30,095 bases of DNA, taken from assembly GCA_017882655.1 (NCBI GenBank), contig JADGPB010000001.1:1-30095 (forward strand), read 5' to 3'. Origin of the DNA: Propionibacteriales bacterium (lineage in GTDB: Bacteria; Actinomycetota; Actinomycetes; Propionibacteriales; Propionibacteriaceae). The notes under the pieces are model-generated. The model was not told the origin of the DNA, did not search any database, and saw only the letters and a program-made list of their open reading frames with translations. The translations under genes and the position numbers were made by a program. Positions 26,427 to 30,095 of the stretch are shown here, in pieces; within the stretch, counting starts at the first letter, position 1; every line of letters starts with the position of its first letter.

Positions 26427-27089
26427 CTACCTCGGGCCGAACAACAACCCGTACTCGGTCGGTGTCGGGGGGATCGCGACGCGGTTCACCCGGCGCGGCA
26501 TGCAGAGGGCGACCTCGTTGGCCTCGAGGTTGTTCGTGAGGCGGAGCTGGCGGGGGTTGAGGGCGTACGCGCGGCGGAGGTTGTCGGTCGTCTTCGCGTC
26601 GCACGGTGATGCGAGCGCCATGTCGCACGAGCGCAGGAGGTGGATCGCGCCGGAGTGCGAGGCGTCGGCGGTCATCATCACCGCTTGCCAGGGGCCCAAA
26701 GCCACCGTCGTACCGTCGAAGTCGGCGGCATCGTCGATCACGAGGCTCGGCCGGTACGGGCGGCCCTGGCTCGGCAGGGCATCGTTCGGCTCGAGGAAGT
26801 CGAGCGTGCCGCCGCACCGGATCACGGCTCCTGCGAGCCCCTGCCAGCGCCGACGCTCGTTGGCGATGATCGACAGGTGCGCGCCGAGCGAGATGCAGCG
26901 GAACGCGAGGAGCCACGTCACGTAGTCCGGTACGGCGAGCAGCAGGCGGGTCGGATTGGGCCGGAACAGCCGGATCGTGATCGGGCTGCTACGACCATGG
27001 CCGAGCAGCAGGCCCGACGGCCCCGTACGTACCACCGTCTCCTGCCGTGCCGAGCCGTCCTCGACCTCAGGCAGCACCCACTGGCTCAT
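26427..27089 (-). CDS. Hypothetical protein (220 aa) translationally coupled to eccE; T7SS-associated
   Basis: Begins MSQWVLPEV at ATG 27089 (ATGA overlap with the eccE stop, GAGG RBS). No TM segment. Contains GLLLG…PITIRLFRP, SLVIDD and GPWQAV. The ORF-track extension to 27401 is spurious. Confidence 0.8.
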   Translation of the reverse strand: MSQWVLPEVEDGSARQETVVRTGPSGLLLGHGRSSPITIRLFRPNPTRLLLAVPDYVTWLLAFRCISLGAHLSIIANERRRWQGLAGAVIRCGGTLDFLEPNDALPSQGRPYRPSLVIDDAADFDGTTVALGPWQAVMMTADASHSGAIHLLRSCDMALASPCDAKTTDNLRRAYALNPRQLRLTNNLEANEVALCMPRRVNRVAIPPTPTEYGLLFGPR

Positions 27090-28249
27090 CGCCCACCTCG
27101 TCCCAGCGGCACGGTGGCCAGCATCGTCGGCACCTGCGCGCCCCCGGGGGAGTCGAGCCGTACGGACGTACCGAGCCGCTCGACGGTGTGGTCCATCGCC
27201 GACTGCGCACCCGCGGCGTCGATCGTGACCAGCCGCAGGCCGCCGGTGGAACGGGCATGCGGCGTGAACGTGTACGAGGTGACGGCGAACAGCACCGGCG
27301 CGTCGGCGATCGCGTCCTGGACCAGCTGGTAGCCGATCGAGGCGTTCGTGCCCCAGCGGCGGATCATGCGGCCGGTGTGTACGAGGCCGTCGCAGGTCCA
27401 CGTCGTCCAGTCCTCGGCGGAGCGGCGTTCGCCGTTCTCAGGCCCCGATCCGGCGACCAGGCTCAGCACCTCGTACAGCTCCATCGGCGCCAAGGCACGG
27501 GTGACGATTCCTTGTCGCTTGAGCACCGTCTGCACCCGGTGCAACCCGAACCGCAACGTCGCGTAGACCCCCTCGTTGCTCGCTCCCCTCCGCGCCACCG
27601 CTTCCAGGCACAGCCTCGGGTCGAGGCGCAGGCACAGCCACGTACGACGCATCGTCGGCGGCGGTGCCTCCGAGGTGATCTCGCGGTACGCGGCCGCGGC
27701 GACGGAGTTCTCGCCCAGCAGCACGGTCGTCGGCGCCGGCACGGTGTAGGTGACGATCTGCACGCCGGCGAAGATGATGTCGTCCTGGCGGGTGAGGCCG
27801 CTCAACGCGTCGAGGTCTATGGCCTCGCCCTTGTCGGCGAGCAGCTCGTCGTCCGAAGCGAGCGCCAGCACAGCGGTCCACGCCTCCCCATCCGCGATCA
27901 GCCCAAGCTCGCCGCCACGGCCCAGAGACGTCTGCGCCACTGTGAGGCCCGGCATCCACTCGGCGAGCGGTACGAGGTCGGCGGGCAGCTCGGCGGGGAT
28001 CTTGGTCGACGGCGAGCGGCGCGCGTAGCCCACCCATCGCCGCAGCCACCCGATCGCCGGGTGCCCCTTGAACGGGATGGCGAGGCCGATGATGAGGATC
28101 GCGAGCAGCCCGGCCCAGAGGTACTGACGGGACAGAGCGAGCAGTACGACACCGAGCAGGGCGATCTCGATGACGATCGCCCAGGTCATGGCGAGCCGTG
28201 GCGCCGCCGCGCGAGGAGGAAGGACGATGTCCTGATCGCCGCGTGCCAT
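27086..28249 (-). CDS. eccE: T7SS membrane protein EccE
   Basis: Two N-terminal TM helices, then GLIADGEAWTAVL, RRTWLCLRLDP and QVPTMLATVPLG typical of EccE. ATG at 28249 has a GGAGGGAG RBS. Confidence 0.85.
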   Translation of the reverse strand: MARGDQDIVLPPRAAAPRLAMTWAIVIEIALLGVVLLALSRQYLWAGLLAILIIGLAIPFKGHPAIGWLRRWVGYARRSPSTKIPAELPADLVPLAEWMPGLTVAQTSLGRGGELGLIADGEAWTAVLALASDDELLADKGEAIDLDALSGLTRQDDIIFAGVQIVTYTVPAPTTVLLGENSVAAAAYREITSEAPPPTMRRTWLCLRLDPRLCLEAVARRGASNEGVYATLRFGLHRVQTVLKRQGIVTRALAPMELYEVLSLVAGSGPENGERRSAEDWTTWTCDGLVHTGRMIRRWGTNASIGYQLVQDAIADAPVLFAVTSYTFTPHARSTGGLRLVTIDAAGAQSAMDHTVERLGTSVRLDSPGGAQVPTMLATVPLGRGGR

Positions 28250-28393
28250 GGGCCCGCTCCCTCCCGCGCCGTCAGCCGACGCCCCGCGCCACACTCTGCC
28301 AGACGAGTGGGGCGATCCGGGGTGCCAGACGACGACCGGGTGGCCCTTCGCCTGCCACAATGGCCGTGTTTTCGTACCCCGTCAGGAGCGGAC

Positions 28394-29719
28394 ATGGCCC
28401 AGCGCAAGGAGCTGCTGAAGGCACACGCCTTCACTCAGCAGCGACTCGTGGCTGCGCTCGTCGACCGCGACCCGGACAACCCGACCCCTCCGCTGCGCCG
28501 CCTCGGCCTCGGGACGTTCGTCTCGATACTGGTCGCCACGGTGCTCGTGGGTGGCTTCGCCCTCTTCGGCTACATCACCAAACCGTCGACGAACGCATGG
28601 TCCCAGGACAAGCCCCTCGTCATCGTCGACACCGACTCAGGCGTGGTGTTCTTCACGCTGGACGGCAAGATGATCTACCCCGCCACGAACATCACCTCGG
28701 CGCGGCTCATCACGGGCGGCGACACGATCGTGAAGGCGACCACCGCGGCCCTGGCCTCCGCAGAGCGGGGCGCCCGGTACGGCATCGTCGGCGCTCCCTC
28801 CCAGCTGCCCGACAAGTCGACGATGACGACCTTCCCGCTCCGCGTCTGCTCCCTGCCGGCGACGAAGAACGTGCGCTACACGGTGCTGGACACCCGTGCG
28901 CCCGGCGCCTCGTCGGACGCAGCCATCGGTCTCGAGGTCAACGGCCGCACGTACCTCGTCGTGGGCGGTGTGGCTCACCTCGTCCCGGACGGGTCGCCGC
29001 TGCTCGGCAACGCCACGTCCCTCAAGGGGACCGAGGCCTTCCTCAGGTCACTCCCGCAGGGCCAGGAGATCAAGCCGTTCAGCGACGCGACCAAGGGCAA
29101 CAAGGCCCACAGCGGCCAGAACCCGGTCGGCACGATCGTCTACACCGGCGACCAGACGGACAAGGCGAGCTGGAACTACTACATCCAGCTGATCGACGGC
29201 TACTCGGCGATCAGCTACCTCGACGCGATGGTCAACAACCTGACACCCACGGCCGTCCAGGCCAGCTATGTCGCGAGCAACCGCAGCGAGATGCAGAACT
29301 CCGCCACCCCCGGGCTGCCTATGGGGCCGGTCGGCTTCACGTCGACGGACACGACCAAGACGAGCGTCTGCGCCACGTACACAGCCGGCGGCGTCAACCC
29401 GAAGATCACGATCGGCGACACGGTCGCCGGGCCGACCGACACGAAGGCGACCCCAGCCGTCAGCACGTACGACCGGGTGACGACCGCACCCGGTGGCGGC
29501 GCGCTCCTGCGGTCGCTCGGCACCGACGCCGACGGGGCGACGTTCCTGATCTGGCAAGGGCAGAAGTACGGGATCCCCGACCTCGAGAGCCGTACGTCCC
29601 TCGGCTACGCCACGGGCGTCGACATCGGCACCGTACAACCGGCTCTGCTGTCGCTCGTCCCCGACGGGCTTCCCGCCGGAATCGCCCTCGACAAGACCCA
29701 CGCGAACCACCCTGCGTGA
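28394..29719 (+). CDS. eccB: T7SS protein EccB
   Basis: MAQRKELLKAHAFTQQRLVAALV…DPDNPTPPLRR, a single TM, YPATNITSARL, YGIVGAPSQLP, two conserved Cys, PGGGAL, KYGIP…SLGY, LLSLVPDG. ATG at 28394 has a CAGGAG RBS. Confidence 0.92.
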   Translation: MAQRKELLKAHAFTQQRLVAALVDRDPDNPTPPLRRLGLGTFVSILVATVLVGGFALFGYITKPSTNAWSQDKPLVIVDTDSGVVFFTLDGKMIYPATNITSARLITGGDTIVKATTAALASAERGARYGIVGAPSQLPDKSTMTTFPLRVCSLPATKNVRYTVLDTRAPGASSDAAIGLEVNGRTYLVVGGVAHLVPDGSPLLGNATSLKGTEAFLRSLPQGQEIKPFSDATKGNKAHSGQNPVGTIVYTGDQTDKASWNYYIQLIDGYSAISYLDAMVNNLTPTAVQASYVASNRSEMQNSATPGLPMGPVGFTSTDTTKTSVCATYTAGGVNPKITIGDTVAGPTDTKATPAVSTYDRVTTAPGGGALLRSLGTDADGATFLIWQGQKYGIPDLESRTSLGYATGVDIGTVQPALLSLVPDGLPAGIALDKTHANHPA

Positions 29720-29931
29720 CCTCGTACCTGCCGTTCGGCAGCCCCTCTGAGTACGCTCACCCAGACGGGCGGGTAGTGGCGCTCAACTTGGTCCGAATGT
29801 TCTCTCAACCGGGTGAGAGGTGACCCCCGCCGCGCCTACTGTCGGGTCATCAACCCGCAGCACCGAGGGATCGGACCTGCAGACCACTACGAAAGACCCG
29901 GGGACGATCCCCGAAACCTGATGGAGGAACC

Positions 29932-30095
29932 ATGTCGGGCAACACAACTGTTGATCGCGCAGAAATGGCCAAGGCCGCGCAGCAGATCGAGGAGAAGGCG
30001 GGCCAGATCCACCAGACCCAGCAGACTCTCGGCAACCAGATCCAGAACCTGATGGGACGCTGGCAGGGCAACGCCGCCAATGCCTTCCTGCGGGC
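29932..30095 (+). CDS. WXG100 (ESAT-6/CFP-10-like) T7SS substrate, truncated by the window end
   Basis: Translated by hand (absent from the ORF track): MSGNTTVDRAEMAKAAQQIEEKAGQIHQTQQTLGNQIQNLMGRWQGNAANAFLR…, with a central W-Q-G in a helical protein and a GGAGG RBS at 29923-29927. Confidence 0.9.
   Translation, partial: MSGNTTVDRAEMAKAAQQIEEKAGQIHQTQQTLGNQIQNLMGRWQGNAANAFLR

Noticed and set aside
27090-27401. N-terminal extension of the 324-aa ORF 26427-27401
   Set aside because: An out-of-frame overlap with the eccE 3' end; the true start is the coupled ATG at 27089.
27047-28393. Apparent 449-aa N-terminal extension of EccB (890-aa ORF)
   Set aside because: It is the antisense shadow of eccE. 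The EccB motif start at 28394 has its own SD.

Overview
High-GC actinobacterial chromosomal window (Propionibacteriales-like; the taxon is an inference). Left arm on the minus strand: a tightly packed run eccC-mycP-GT-C (MptB-like) mannosyltransferase-yigZ-SWIM/SNF2 helicase-cysK. A type VII secretion system (T7SS) is spread over 6.5-30.1 kb: mycP, fused eccC, eccD, a conserved hypothetical coupled to eccE, eccE, eccB and a WXG100 gene cut off by the window end. The T7SS genes are split at a convergent junction by a 12.9 kb sugar-utilisation cassette: LacI regulator, Opp/Dpp-type (family 5 SBP) ABC importer, GH94 1,2-beta-oligoglucan-phosphorylase-like enzyme and a GH35 enzyme. The most interesting candidates are (i) a beta-1,2-glucan/sophorose pathway pairing a phosphorylase with a GH35 transglucosylase-like enzyme and no beta-glucosidase (a possible MalP/MalQ-like cycle), (ii) two non-canonical genes translationally coupled to T7SS core genes (a GT-C glycosyltransferase after mycP and a degenerate ATPase-like protein after eccE), and (iii) a 22-bp-phased operator array. 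No mobile-element enzymes, RNA genes or CRISPR were found. All family calls come from motif recognition by eye; no database search was run.
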